A DNA stretch of 64,000 bases from Azolla caroliniana (GCA_043228905.1 JBHGNT010000016.1:5208001-5272000); one strand, 5' to 3'. Shown: positions 25,374-42,360, counted from the stretch's first letter. The notes: generated by a model not told the origin, from the sequence alone. A program made the numbers and translations.

Positions 25374-27635
25374 ATAAGAGCATTATGGAAAAAACATTGT
25401 TTATCTTCACTCATTTATGTGTGCTGCCTGATACCTCCAGCCTCCCTCCAACATACCATAATTCTTGGCTGCAAGAATCCATCTATCAAAACTAGCAAAA
25501 TGCTAATGACTAGTGAAAATGGATCAATCGAAAATGTGCCATTGTTTTCTCATTACTTTGTGGGAATTTGGAAGGATATCAGGGAGGTTGGGAAAGTGGT
25601 TCGATATGGGGGATACACCATACCGTAAGAGTGTGGTATATCGATTGTGTGTTGGGGAGTTGTCAAGTTTAGGTCTGGAAAAGAGGGTGGTTTAGGCAAG
25701 GGGAGGGGACAAGACATAGTGTCAGGGGTATGACTTGGTAATGCATTGAAGGCATTGGATATTCAGAGGTGATGATGCAATGTCCAACATGAAGATGTTA
25801 GTTTAGAAGAGTTGATGTCGTGAGTAATAATAAATCTCATATATTCTAGGTAAGGTTGCCTTCAAATATGGTGAGTGCATGGAGGGATGAATGATATGTT
25901 GATTAGGGTCTCAAAGTGGTGTTCATATGAAATTATGGGAGGATTGTGACTAGTAGTCATAGAGGCTAGTTAATTGTTGTCTAATGGGATTTGTGTGGAG
26001 GTGATAATGCTTATAGAATCAATGATCAAAAGAATGTGATCCGATATGATGATACACAATAGAGATGATTGTTTGGATAGTGGGGTCATGGTGTGGTGGT
26101 GTAAAATCTCCATGATTCAAAGTATTTTGACATTTACAAGCTTGTTATGCACACTTGGAAAAGGGTAAAAAGAAATACAATTTGACGTAAACCTACAATT
26201 TTATTGGATTGTGTAGTTGTGAAAAATGGTAGTCTTATTAGAATGGTAAACTTCTAACTTCATTGTTTGTTGATATTCCAAAAATTGTCCAAAAGCACAA
26301 ATGTAAGGCATTCTCATAAATCCCCATAATACATATAAACAAATGTCATGTATTTGTGTTTTAATAACTTGCTATCATGAAAATGATATAATCAACCACC
26401 AAAAATTAGCATCTCAAATACATGACATTTGTTTATAATGATATAATTGCACAGTATTATAAAAAGATTATATTTTCCATCTTATATTATGCAACTTCAT
26501 AACATCTCAATTCCTTTCATGTTATTTGTAGCAAAAAGGGGCTAAGAGTTAACCTATTAAAGACTTAAAGCCATGATATTCCAGACAAAAATAGCATCTC
26601 CAAAACTGCATAGTATTATAAAAAGATTATATTTTCTGTCTTACCTCATGCAACTTCATAACAACATCTCAATTCGCTAGACAAATTTTGCCATAGAAAA
26701 GGGCTTAGAGTTCACCTAGGAAAGACTTAAAGCCATGATCTTCCACATATCCTCTCTAGCTTGTTGACAAGTTGTCTTCACTCTCTTAGTTGGGCAAGTT
26801 GATGTAGTGGATTCCTATGTATATGTAGGAGTCTCGGTTACAAGCATGATTGAAGTGCTTCTCTATGACCCAAGCCGCCAAAGATTCACAGAGGATATGT
26901 ACCTCTAGCCATGTTAGAACAAGATTGCCACTAAGCACGCTTCCAAAAGTCATGTACCAAATTATTTTTATTCAACACCATGGTTGCCTTAACCTATGGT
27001 GCATCCAGATAGGCTCCAAGCTTGCCAATGTATGTATGGATATAAATAGCACGTCCACTAGCCATGATGTTGTAGATGGTGCATCTCAAAGCATTCACTC
27101 TAAATTGACAACGCCTCCCATTATTGGAGAACATTATCATATATAGTTAACTTAATCAACCAAATTGAAACTATTCCGTACTAGAGAATAACCCATTAAG
27201 CCGTTGACGCATTGAAGCAAATAGCAAAAATAGAATACATTGAATTATCGTAGTACTCAAACGTGATTGAAGTTATTCATCAATAATGACCTTGACATCA
27301 AGAATTTAAGCACCCTTTTGATATCGTATCCATCTCCAAAATGACGAGAGAAACAAGAGCAAATATAAATGGTAGCTCCATATGCAAAAGGCTTGGGTTT
27401 AACCAAGGGAGACACTTCTCACAAACCTAGTCTAGGACAAATATCATTTCGTGAACTTTTCAGAGGATGGATTCATGAACAGATCGAAGTACATGGACAT
27501 CTATATTGTAAGATGACATAGATAAAGAAGGGGCAGAGATATCTCGACGTTTCCGGAGGCAACAAAAAAGCACATACAAATACATATACATATATGTGAA
27601 CAATTACACGTTACTCTTTCGTTCCAATAATCTAT

Positions 27636-27940
27636 CTGTCTACGTGAATCTTTCCAGGTGGTCTGCGAGACCATGCTCCTACACACACACACACACTAAT
27701 GGGATGGGCGGGTTTCAAACACGATAAAAGGGTGGATATATCATATCAGATGGAGCTTTCTAGTGTCTGAATACCACACCTCATCCATGTCTACGTGAAT
27801 CTTTCTAGGTGGTCTGCGAGACCATGCTCCTACACACACACACACACACACACACAATGGGATGGGCGGGTTTCAAACACGATAAAAGGGCGGGTGTATC
27901 ATATCGGATGGAGCTTTCTAGTGTCCAAATACCAGACCTC
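27636..27940. repeat. ~152-bp tandem duplication upstream of CDC20
   Basis: tgtctacgtgaatcttt...gagctttctagtgtc occurs twice (27636 and 27788) with different (CA)n lengths. Confidence 0.9.
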
Positions 27941-28479
27941 GTCGGGGTTCTGATCTTGTCGAGAAAATGGCCTCGAGACCACATACACATACACATACAG
28001 AATGGGCAGTTTCACACACGATGGGACAAGAGGAGGGCGGACATATCCTCTGTTCTCTGACCGACCGTTGGAAAATGGCCTCCCTCCACTTTCTTTGTTA
28101 TGTATGTATATATATATATAAACAAAGCCATGGCTATGGCGTTCTCATCATTATCATCATCATTCAACAAGCTCTCCATCACTTCTGTCTTCACATCAAC
28201 AAAGTTATCTGATTGCACAGCCATTCTGCCCCCATATCAATTCTATGCTCTGAAAAGCTTTCTGAATCTGATTCTGTTGTTCTCTGGTTCTATAAGCATC
28301 TGTTATTTAAGTCGTGTGTTTTTTTGTTAAATTTGCTCATCGTTGTTTACAGGGCTGTGAATTTCTTCTTTCTGCAATATTAACCCCCTCCTACTCCTCC
28401 CCTTTTGTGGAGGAACAGTAATCGTATATTTCTACTCTCTTTTTTGTTTTCTGTTTGTTTTGCTTTGTTTAATCTAGCA

Positions 28480-30662
28480 ATGGCGACTACTGGATCGTGC
28501 GCAAGGAAGGCTCTGAGCGATCGTGCATCACCTGCAGAACCTCTTCACTCCAAGAAGACACAGCAGCAGAATCAGGTAGGCATCCATATGATCTCTATGT
28601 ATTGTGAGGATCGCATGTATGTATAATTTCGATGATGCCTACCATATGATCTCTATATATTGTAAGGATCGCATGTATGTATAATTTCGATGATGCCTAC
28701 CATATGATCTCTATGTATTGTAAGGATCGCATGTATGTATAATTTCGATGATGCGCATATTATTTTATCTTACTTCTTCAATCATCAAACCACTCATTTC
28801 GATTAATGTGCGACTCTTGTTTTACAGGATCTGTGTTTGTTTTCCTACTAAACATGCATCTCGAATCTTTCTTTAAATCTTGTAGTTTCTCGTAGTGTAA
28901 CAGTCTGATTTCCGGTGAATATATCATAAAAAGCTTTGCATCCTTTCCCCTTGTTTCCTGAACCCTGTCCAAACCTTGCAACAAATCATGATCAATACAT
29001 TTACGTTTGCAAACCCTATTTGTTTTAGGGATGCCGTTTCATTGCATCGCGCGCCTCCATGGACTTTGATGTGGCTAACTACATGCTCTCCAAGGAGAAT
29101 CTTGACAGCAAGCTTCCGGTCCAAAATGTATGTACACTTTTCCGATCATCATACTACCTGCTTTTTACTTCAGTTTCCCAACTCCATGGATTATCCAAGC
29201 TGCGTCTGAACGTTTCTTGTACTGCGTTCTTTTTGCAGGAGGAATATCGAAAGCAATTGGCTGGAAACGTGTTGAAGGACAGCAGTCTAATCAACAAAGA
29301 CTCCAGAATCCTTGCGTTCAAGAGCAAGCCTCCTCCTCCTCCCGAGGGATTCGAGAGGAATGCGAGGTTGCTCTATTCTGAGAACATCCAATCTTCTTCC
29401 GCTCCCAAGCGTAACAAGATCTTCCGTCACATTCCCCAGGTATGTATGGAGATCCTTTATGAACATTTCCTACCATGATCAAGTGCATAAAAGATCATTT
29501 TTTTCTGATCTTCATTGTTGGTGTTTTGGTTTTCATTATTCAGTCTGCGGAACGAACGCTGGACGCACCAGAATTGCTCGATGACTACTATCTCAACCTA
29601 CTCGATTGGAGCTCCAAGAATGTGGTGTCAATTGCTCTCGGTAACACTGTATATTTGTGGCATGCGACATCAGGGGCCATTGAGGAGCTGATGCAAGTTG
29701 GAGAGGAACAAGGTCCCGTGACTAGCGTCAACTGGGGCCCTGATGGGAAGCACATCGCTGTTGGTCTGGAAAACGGCGAGGTTCAGCTCTGGGATTCCAC
29801 GGCCCTCTGCAAAGTGAGGACCATGAAAGGCCACAGTGGGAGGGTTGGGAGCTTGGCATGGAATGGTGGCCCCATTCTGAGCTCGGGAAGCCGGGATAAC
29901 ACCATCTTCAACCACGATGGTGAGTTCCATCCATTCTGATCGTTCTTTGCTTTCATTCTCTGCTGGATAGCATATTGAGATGTGTATTTGGTTCTCTGTA
30001 CGTATGTGGCAGTGCGCATCCGAGATCATGTGATCACGAAGATGTGCAGTCACGAGCAAGAGGTGTGCGGGCTGAAGTGGTCTCTGTCGGGGCAGCAGCT
30101 TGCGAGCGGGGGGAACGACAACCTCCTGCACCTGTGGGATGCCAAGATGATGACCAGCGGAGCCCCAACCTCGTACCTGCACCGCCTGGAGGAGCACCGC
30201 GCTGCAGTGAAGGCCCTGGCATGGTGCCCCTTCCAGAGCAACCTCCTCGCCACCGGCGGAGGCACGGCAGACGGCTGCATCAAGTTCTGGAACACGCAGA
30301 CCGGCGCCTGCCTCAACAGCGTGGACACCCACTCGCAGGTCTGCTCCCTCCAATGGAGCAGGCACGAGAAGGAGCTGCTGAGCTCCCATGGCTTCAGCCA
30401 GAACCAGCTGTGCCTGTGGAAGTACCCGAGCATGACGAAGATGGCGGAGTTGAGGGGCCACACCTCCAGGGTCCTGCACATGGCGCAGAGCCCCGATGGC
30501 TACACCGTCGCATCGGCAGCGGGGGACGAGACCCTCCGCTTCTGGCAAGTCTTCGGGACTCCCGACAACACCAGCAAGCAACAACAGCAACAGCAGCTGC
30601 TGAGGTCCAGGAGCACAGAAACTGGGTGCATGAACAGCAGCAATTGCACCATGATCAGGTGA
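28480..30662 (+). CDS. CDC20: CDC20/Fizzy APC/C co-activator (WD40), 473 aa, with a non-canonical C-box
   Basis: Exons 28480-28575, 29029-29127, 29239-29439, 29544-29919 and 30013-30662. Motifs RILAFK (Mad2-binding), [19 protein letters not shown] and [14 protein letters not shown], plus a terminal IR tail. Confidence 0.95.
28585..28755. repeat. 58-bp tandem repeat x3 in CDC20 intron 1
   Basis: catatgatctctat.tattgt.aggatcgcatgtatgtataatttcgatgatgc at 28585, 28643 and 28701. Confidence 0.92.
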
Positions 30663-30735
30663 GTTATCTAGTGGGGGGCAGGTAAGATATGTGTATGTTT
30701 ACGTGTATTTTTGTGTATATGTAAAATCTACAGCA

Positions 30736-30861
30736 ATTAGGTCTCAGTGTATCTGTATGTATGCATGCTCTTTATGTTGTATATACGGCCATTAGGTCTC
30801 AGTGTATCTGTATGTATGCATGCTCTTTATGTTGTATATACGGCCATTAGGTCTCAGTGTA
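30736..30861. repeat. 55-bp tandem repeat x2.3 downstream of the CDC20 stop
   Basis: attaggtctcagtgtatctgtatgtatgcatgctctttatgttgtatatacggcc is repeated. Confidence 0.9.
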
Positions 30862-32513
30862 AAAGCTTGTACTGCATTGAATGTGTTTGATTGTTTTTTT
30901 GGATATAATTTTGCATATGACGGCGTTTGTCAACGCCAACACATCTTTCTGAGCTATAGATATCACCCCAAGCATGTTTTGATCATGTCTAGTTCCCATC
31001 ATCCGAGCATCCCAGCAATTATTAATTCAATGATCAAGATGCTGTTGGTATAAACAAGCTCTGGTCTTATGATATCTCCCTGTAAGATTATTTTGGTAAT
31101 AATACAATTATTATGCATTTTTTTGGGCAATCTCTCATCTTTGGCATGCAGACACATACAATTAGCAACACTAGGATTGTAAATCCTAGTATAAACGAGC
31201 AGATTACTGATGGTGAATAGGTAAGAATTGTCGTAATGACAGCTATATAATCAATCAGAATCAGAATACTCGAAAGTGAGTAGGAGCTTAATTTGTAGGT
31301 GTTATAGAAAACCCTAGAATGGGTAAAATATATTTCCATTTTCTCATATTCCATTCTATATTGGTTCAGGGGTTTATATAAAAACCAGTTTACAAGAAAC
31401 CCTGCCAAGTGTTCTCAATAACTTTTGTATGTCATTTTGAGAAATCCATGTCATTCGAACATTTGTATCTCAATGCAATCTCTCGAGAAGGGATCTATTT
31501 TGTATACTATGTTGTAAACATTTATTTTTAATTTCAGTGCCATGGTACCATCCATGTATGAATGGTATATACATATGCTTGTTTACATGTTTAATTTGAA
31601 CGTTTGTATGTAGCTAACGGACCTACCCAACCATAACCATGTGCATTTCCATTTTCTCCTATTTAATTCTAATTGATAGATCATGTAATTGTTAACATGA
31701 CTATTTTACAGAAGATATGATATTTCCTTTATAATAATTACTGTAGTTATTTCCAAATGAACAAAACAAACATAACTTGTTCGCTGCACGACATGGGGTT
31801 AACAGTAAACTTAAGGATTGGTAAACTTAATTGTGCTTGCAATGGGAAGTACAAAATCCAAACCAGTTTTGTTACACAAGCACATACGTGAAAGTAAAAA
31901 TTCAAAGCGCAGACAAAACATTACTCTGAATGAACACCTATTAATGTAGCATTAACCAGCCACTCTGTCTCTCTTCGTGGTTTTGTCTGTTTTCAAGTGA
32001 TAAACGACCAGTATCAACTCTCGGTTCTACAACAAGTTTGGTGATTTGGTTTCATGGCTCCAATCAAAGTTCCAAGACTCAGAAAAACTACTACCTAAAA
32101 AAATCACTTAATTAAATCATTTAATTGGATTTACAGTACCATCCTTAATGAAATCACGCTTCAAGTGTTTATAGACTTTATTGCCCGTCCTGCCTTTTAC
32201 AAGTTTGGTAATTAGTTTTCATGCTATAGTCGAACTTCCAAGACTAGAAAAACCAATACCAGATGAGATCACTAAATGAAATCAATTATTTGGGTTTACA
32301 ATATCATCCCTGATGAAACAACACTTAAAGAATTGCAATTTCAAGTATACTTTTACAAAGCTTCATAAGTTTACAGGCAAATTTTGACATGACAATGTAG
32401 CTAATTGGTTTTACTTGCCATGGCCATCAATGATCTCTTTGAAAAATGTCTCATTTCCCAATATATACAAAAACAAATATTTCTGGTCAAAGAAAGTCTA
32501 AGTCGTTTAGACA

Positions 32514-35645
<3,132 letters not shown>

Positions 35646-38600
35646 CGTCTGGATTGAACCTGACTGTCTCAGATTCTATCGACAAAGGAAAGGCTACATT
35701 ACATGTCAGCACCAAATTAAGTGCCAGTGATGATCCAAGCCGCGTTTTCTCATTATTTCCAGGACATGCCCCTCGATCTAATGGGGGGGGCCAGTTTCGG
35801 AGAGACTAAGGGGCATAGGAAGAAATAAAGAAAACCGGAGGCCTGTATGACCCGAAGGCACATACCGGTGTCATGTGCATTCTGTTCATGCCTTGGGCGA
35901 ATGTATCGAACCAGATAGCTTTTCGTACATAGGCCTGGAGGATGGACAAACAGTACAAATGCAATGGGCAAACATTTTTGTATAATTTGTGCCTCGTGAG
36001 ATCCAAACCTAAGAGGGAAGGCGCAACATTGAATTTCCATACTAGCTAAAAACGTTGATATGTTGTCAGGGTGGTTGTTTGAATAAAGCCCTGGAAAGAA
36101 AGGGTAAGGTAAGTAAGTAAACAAATATTAATGAGAAAGACACATTTTAACAATCACAAAAGCGGTTAGATTTAAGATAATAAAATTATGTGATTCAAAG
36201 TTTCATTATTGTTGAGATCAATTTGATTGAAGGACTTTGTTTAGTTATATAATCATCTTTATAGACATAACTACTTGTAGCTACAAGAGGACGGTGCCAC
36301 ATACCATGGGAAGAAGCACACAAATGTACTAGCCACATCAGGCAACAGACTCAAGGTAAAACATGGGTGTCAAATGTAGCACCTTGAGAGAATCAACATT
36401 TTCATTTCCTTTGAGAAGAGGATGTACATCCTATAGTAGACATGGAAATCGAACAAACAATTTCAGAATGAAGTGGGAACACACTAACGACTTTGTTGGG
36501 AGTGTGATTCCTCCCTACAATTGATGTGAAAGTTGAACAACTTGTAAAAATGACTACATTGATGGTTGCAGGTAGACCAATGTCATGAACAATCGTACAA
36601 TTGACAATACAAGAAGACAAGGTGATAATCCTTGCCACCATAAGATCTATGCAAGATTGCATCAAGCATAAACAATGTGGCGTGTTACAGCCAATCACCT
36701 CAATCCAAGAGAGAGATCCTTTGAACAAGCCTTTGATATGAGCAATCACACAACTGACAAGGACGGGAAGATAATGCCAATATAGTTGCAACCATAAGAT
36801 GTAGGCAAGATTGCATCAAGCATAGACAAATGTGGTATGTTATAACCGATCACTTTTGTCCAAAAGAGATATCCTTTGAACTAGCTTATGGGATTAGGAC
36901 ATGTTTGGGCAATGAGATGCAATGGGACAAATCAACGCGATATAACTGCCAAACCCGAGGATCAATGGCAAACCAGGAAAACTACGGAACCAAAAAACCC
37001 ACTAGGGAACTACCAAACTAGATATACTACCGGACGGATCGATCAATGGCACAAATCAACGCAATAAAATCTCATGCATCTGGTGAGGCGAGGCAAACCG
37101 ATCGGGACCAGACAACAGAGGCTGCGAATGATGTTACGCGGACAATAAGTGTAGATCATGCCGTCGACAAAAATGGAAGGAGTGTGCGGGAGTCCGAGGG
37201 ATGAATCCGAGTCTTAGAGTTCGAATGTGAAAGCGAGACGGGATTTAGAAAAACCAGTCCTTTTATTTTCTCTTTCATATTTGCGAAGAGTTTTGCTTGC
37301 AACCTTTGGGGGAAGAGAAACACAGAGTAGATTTGGCTTTCTCTTTCTTGCCGGTTATTTATCAACAGTGTAAATCGATCCTTCTCAATCGGCTTCCATA
37401 TTTCAACTTCACAGAAGCAGATAATAGTAAGTCCTTGACTCTGCTATCACAGGCTTCCAATTATTTGTTTTGCGTCTTCATGACAACTGGCCATGTCAAG
37501 AGTTCTTGTTTGCATTTTTGTTTCCCATCATGAATATGCATATTGTAGCGTATAACAATTTGTTTTTTCGGTTAAAATTCTCTGATCCCGTATGTTATTT
37601 TTATATATATTCACGACAATGTCATGTGTATATATGTTGTGTATATGTTGTTTACATTTCGCTTTCTATCGTCAAATTTTTTTCCATATACAATTGTGTT
37701 CAAATATTGAAATTTGCGAATTGACTAATGATGCTTGATACAAATTTGTTTGGCATGTTATGATTTCTACTATGTGTATTGATCCACCTTTGAAACGTAA
37801 TTGGGCTAGATTTGTTCTAGTGTCTTATGACATGTTTTGTTGGGATTTAATTGTTGATTGAATGAGATATGTTTGGTTATTAGTACATACATATCAAAGA
37901 GTATTTGATGGTTATCATAGGAATGCAGAGATTCCTGAGGGTACATATTGTGATTCAACGAGCATGTAAAAAGCTAAAAAGTGGAACTCTACCTTTCACT
38001 TGCTAAATAGTGACGTTACAATCTTACTCCATACCATATCAATTAGTTATACCTAGTTGAAACTAGTATAGCAATATTCGATTTCAGTTCATTTGTTCAT
38101 GGAATCATAACCCTTTCTCTATTGATTGCTTGCCCCTGTTAGTATGTGTGTTTTCAGAAATTCAGAAAACACTAAATCAACCCTACCTTTGTCACTAATT
38201 TCCAGGATACATCTTCATTTTTTTAATTGTCAGAACACCACTAAGTATTTAAAACATTATGAATATAATGAATTTTTAATTAGCTTGAAGTATCTTTATT
38301 GATTATCGTGAATGGTATTATAGGCCCCAATTAATACTCATAATCAGAATGTAAAACCTTAAAAAAACACATGTTTCATGTTAAGACAACATATACGCTA
38401 TCAAAATATTGTGTAGAGATGTAGGGTTTAAGGGCGTAAGATGTCAGGTTCATGCATAGAAATTCGTAGCATACCTTGTTATCCATGTTTTTATTAAACT
38501 AACTGATGTTCCAAACAGAAAATGATGTTTTTGTATCATGTGGATACATCATGCATGTTAAGTGAGATGTTTTCCACATAATGATTTGCGACATTTGATG

Positions 38601-38976
38601 TTAAATGTGGAGATAATTAAACCAAATCTTACAGAAATAGCCTAATCACATGATAATCATAGAAAATGGAGCCAAATGGGTCTAATTGACTGGCTTCGTT
38701 TATGGTCAATGGTGCATTAATTCAGTCCATTAGGATGGGCCCATTTGTGTGTGATTATACACATGAGATGGTGTTTTCTCTTATTTTATATGCTTCACGT
38801 GGAGTTACACATCTCAAGAATCATTGATACATAAATGTGATATCCATATGATATTTACATAAAGTGCTTAGTGATTTTTTATAAGCTTAAATTATGCATT
38901 TTCATGATGCATAAATTAGTCCACATCTTCACTCTCATCTGACTCATTTTGATTCCTTGAATTGCAGCAACTGAGA

Positions 38977-40141
38977 ATGTGTTCAAACGCATTCAAAATG
39001 GACTCAAGGATGAAGAAGTATCAAGTGATCACTGGGTGGATGAAATGGGAACAGGATAACACTCTACGTCGGCATCAACTACGTGTTAAGAATGTAAAAC
39101 CGTCAATTGATAACAAATGCCCTGACCGAGGGGCATTTGTTACTCTGAACACAAAGAAAATGAGACTTCAAGAAGGTTTGTTTTTCTTATGTTCTACAGG
39201 TCCTGCATACCTCTGAGAACTATATTTGTGCCTTAAGGAAGCCATCAGCCACAAGGGAAATTTGTTGTCCATTACATTCAAGATGTGTTACTCTCTCTAT
39301 ATAAATGGGGATCAACATTGTTCCAAAATTTGCTATTTGGTGTTGGCGTCATTGGTGTTACCAGACAGGGTTGAGAAAATAGAGAGAAAGAATCGAGTCC
39401 TTGTGAAAAGATTGCGGGCTATCAATGAAGTGAAAATGCCAGACTTTTGCTATCTCAAAAGGAGGACCCACATTAAAGGAGATGCATACAAGTGAGTGAG
39501 TTTGACCACATTCATTTGTTAATTACCTGACTCTACTGGATCATTGGAACGAGAGAAAAAGATCTTCCATTAGGCAAAACTTTTATGAAATGATGATATG
39601 ATGCTACTGGGCAAGAGGATTAGGTACAATTATGAAATGATGCTATTAGTATGAGCAAGCGCAAAAGATATTCCATTTGGCACAGTTATGAAATGATGAT
39701 ATCGGATACTAATACTAATTCTATCGTCGTGTTGGCGGTAAAAGGCTTAAGCCACCAAGTGGTGGTAAAGAATTTAGGTATGATTGGGAAGCCTTGAAAG
39801 GCTCTACTCAAAGGAGGAGCTTGCGGAAACAAGAAACTATACTACGTAGACTCATTCATTCCCAGAAGATATCGCCAGAGGATGCGAAGAAGATGCAAAT
39901 ATACTTACCTAGGGCCCAAGATGTGCCTATTGATTACTTAGATTATGACCCAAAAGACAAGCAAACAGGTTCGGGAATTGGTAATGACTCGGCAAGGTAT
40001 GTTGAAGTTGGGGAACCTGACAGTATCTTGACCAAACTAGCTGCTATTCGGCTTCACGTGAACTATGGTGACCACAGCAACCCTGATGGACTTTATTCCC
40101 AACGTCTTGACTTAAACACGAAGCATGAAATCTTGGCTTGA
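38977..40141 (+). CDS. CFAP97/Hemingway (KIAA1430)-domain flagellar protein, CFAP97D-like, ~240 aa
   Basis: Exons 38977-39175, 39365-39491 and 39745-40141 are in phase. KWEQDNTLRRHQLRVKNVKPSIDNKCP...KKMRLQEDRVEKIERKNRVLVKRLRAI fits the family pattern W...H..+V....P.ID..P...KK..LQ..R...I.R.N..L..+L..I. Confidence 0.75.
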
Positions 40142-42318
40142 TATGCCAGTGCCCACAAAAACTATGTGATACGTGATATGGACTAGTGTGAGTTTCTATT
40201 CTTTCTTTGACTTTATGTTAAAACCATGCACCATCATTTCACATGCTTTGGTAAGGTTATATTGGAAATGGTGTTTATATCGTTATTTATGATGGATTTA
40301 TATCCAGTATAGAATTAAAGTATTTATTCAGTTTTTTGGAGAAAGGTATGCTGGATCGAACCAACTTTTTGAGCAAGGAGCTGAGAAGGTACTCTGAATG
40401 ATATTAAGATTTGAGGATAAATGTTAAGAACAAAAGATATTGAGAACAAAGTACTGCAGTTTGAGACATTGTAGTGAAGTTCATGGCAAAGGATTTTTTA
40501 CCCTTATGTTCCAAGAGACTTTTAGGGGACGAGACTAGCTGAAAAGGGATTGTGGAGAAGTAGATATTGCTAATCGATTTTGGTAATTTAGAGATAAATA
40601 TCACAAATGTCATGGATAAAAGGAGAGATCAAAATGTCAAGAAGAAGCACTTGGGAATTAACATGAACTAAACAACCATTTCTCCTTGGCTTTTTCGTGA
40701 TTTTGATAGTGTTATGTAGCCTTATAAGATCATTAATAATGTTGTTATTGTTTGCTTTCGGACTGCCTTTGAGTACTTCTCTCTTCATCTGGTAGCAATT
40801 ATGATGTTTATCGTTTAAACATAAACCTGCTCATTTTTGTGTTACTCTATAGAAAATGCTAAAATTGAAATTGTATTGTGTTTCAAAACTCTAGTTCAGG
40901 AAATAAAATGTGAAGTGTCAAGACCATGGAAGAGTAAGCTATTTGATATAGTAATTTTCCACCATCATATTCTAATCAATCTTTTTTATGAAGGTTCAGG
41001 GATATTTGATTTGCGATGAAGGTTCAGGATGATTTAAGATGATTGGGATATTTGATTTAAGATGATTGGCCTATGTTTACATTTGCAAATAAATTGCATT
41101 ATGCTTTGCATGTAACTTAGAGGTACCTAGTTTGAGTCTATGTTTGGACATTGACAACATTAGTTGTTTGACGAAGCTTAAAGCATATGTTGGATTGATA
41201 TCTCTTTCTAGATTAACACATTCTTTTCCAAATGATCTGAGTAGAAGGATATGCATTCTAGTGTGAATGATATAATAACATTTAGAGCCTTTATTGAATC
41301 AAGAAATCATTCAAAACATGTGAGGATGGAGTTATAATCAATCCTTGTTTATATCTTGTATCTTCCTGTGCTGAATATTTATAATGTCTATTATTTTTAG
41401 TTTTTGCTGGATTTTCATTGCGTGTTATGCATTTATGAAAATTTCACCAAATGTTACATAATATATTATTTCAAATGGTTCTTCTAGTTTAGACAATGTA
41501 GTTCGAATTATCATATTGAGGTGATGTTAGTTGCCTTCATTACGAACCATTTGGCGTGATTCCCTATAGTTTCTATCAAAATTTGTTTTGTGTGAAAGGT
41601 GTTTGTGGAGATAACCAACTAGTGAGGGAACAAGAATAACCAACTTTGTTGAACATTGTGTGTGTGTGTGTGTGAGAGATGGAGAGAGAGAGAGAGTTCC
41701 ATTCTGGTTCAGTGTTCCTTTCCTTAGTTCTTTGGCTCGTTTTGAAGCTTGCACAGAGGGCTTTCTAAAGAGTAGTTGCACGTAACATTTGGGGGTTTTT
41801 GTAGAATGTTACGAGCAAAATCGTCATTTGTTTTTATGCATCTCATGGTTGCTTGCTTTGTTTCCTTCTCCAACAAAATTGCTTGTAAGTGAGCTCTCAT
41901 ATATTTTTTGTCATATGGATGTTGGTGTTTTCATGAATATGGATGAGTTTTTGAATTCCTCAAAGGATGCATGCATGGTTGAGTCAGTATCGAGTCCAAG
42001 AGGAGATGGTAAAAGACAACGATTTATTGGAGAGAATCTTTCCCTTTTGATTCGCAAGTTGGGGTGAGAAAATATGTTGTAAAGTTAGAAGAACTTCTTT
42101 TGTGGCAAATGACAGTGCTAAAGAAGTCACGAAATCTCAATCATGAAGAGAGAGAGAGTTATGCAAGGTCACATATCATCATATTCACCATTTGAATTGG
42201 TGTGTAGGGTAGCATTGAGTTTGGAGTCGTAGTTGTATTTATCTCCCTATAAGGTTTCTATACTCTGTAGTAAGTTAGTAATAGTGGTGTATTTTTCTTT
42301 CGTAATGAAAGCCATTAT

Positions 42319-42359
<41 letters not shown>

Positions 42360-42360
<1 letters not shown>

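Noticed and set aside
29670-30590. 306-aa antisense ORF (and a 236-aa alternative-frame ORF) over CDC20
   Set aside because: Expected by-product of extreme GC3 bias in the CDC20 exons; it crosses an intron and has no recognisable motifs.
41640-42330. Possible solo LTR (also 44100-44520)
   Set aside because: No TG...CA boundaries with a TSD and no second copy in the window.
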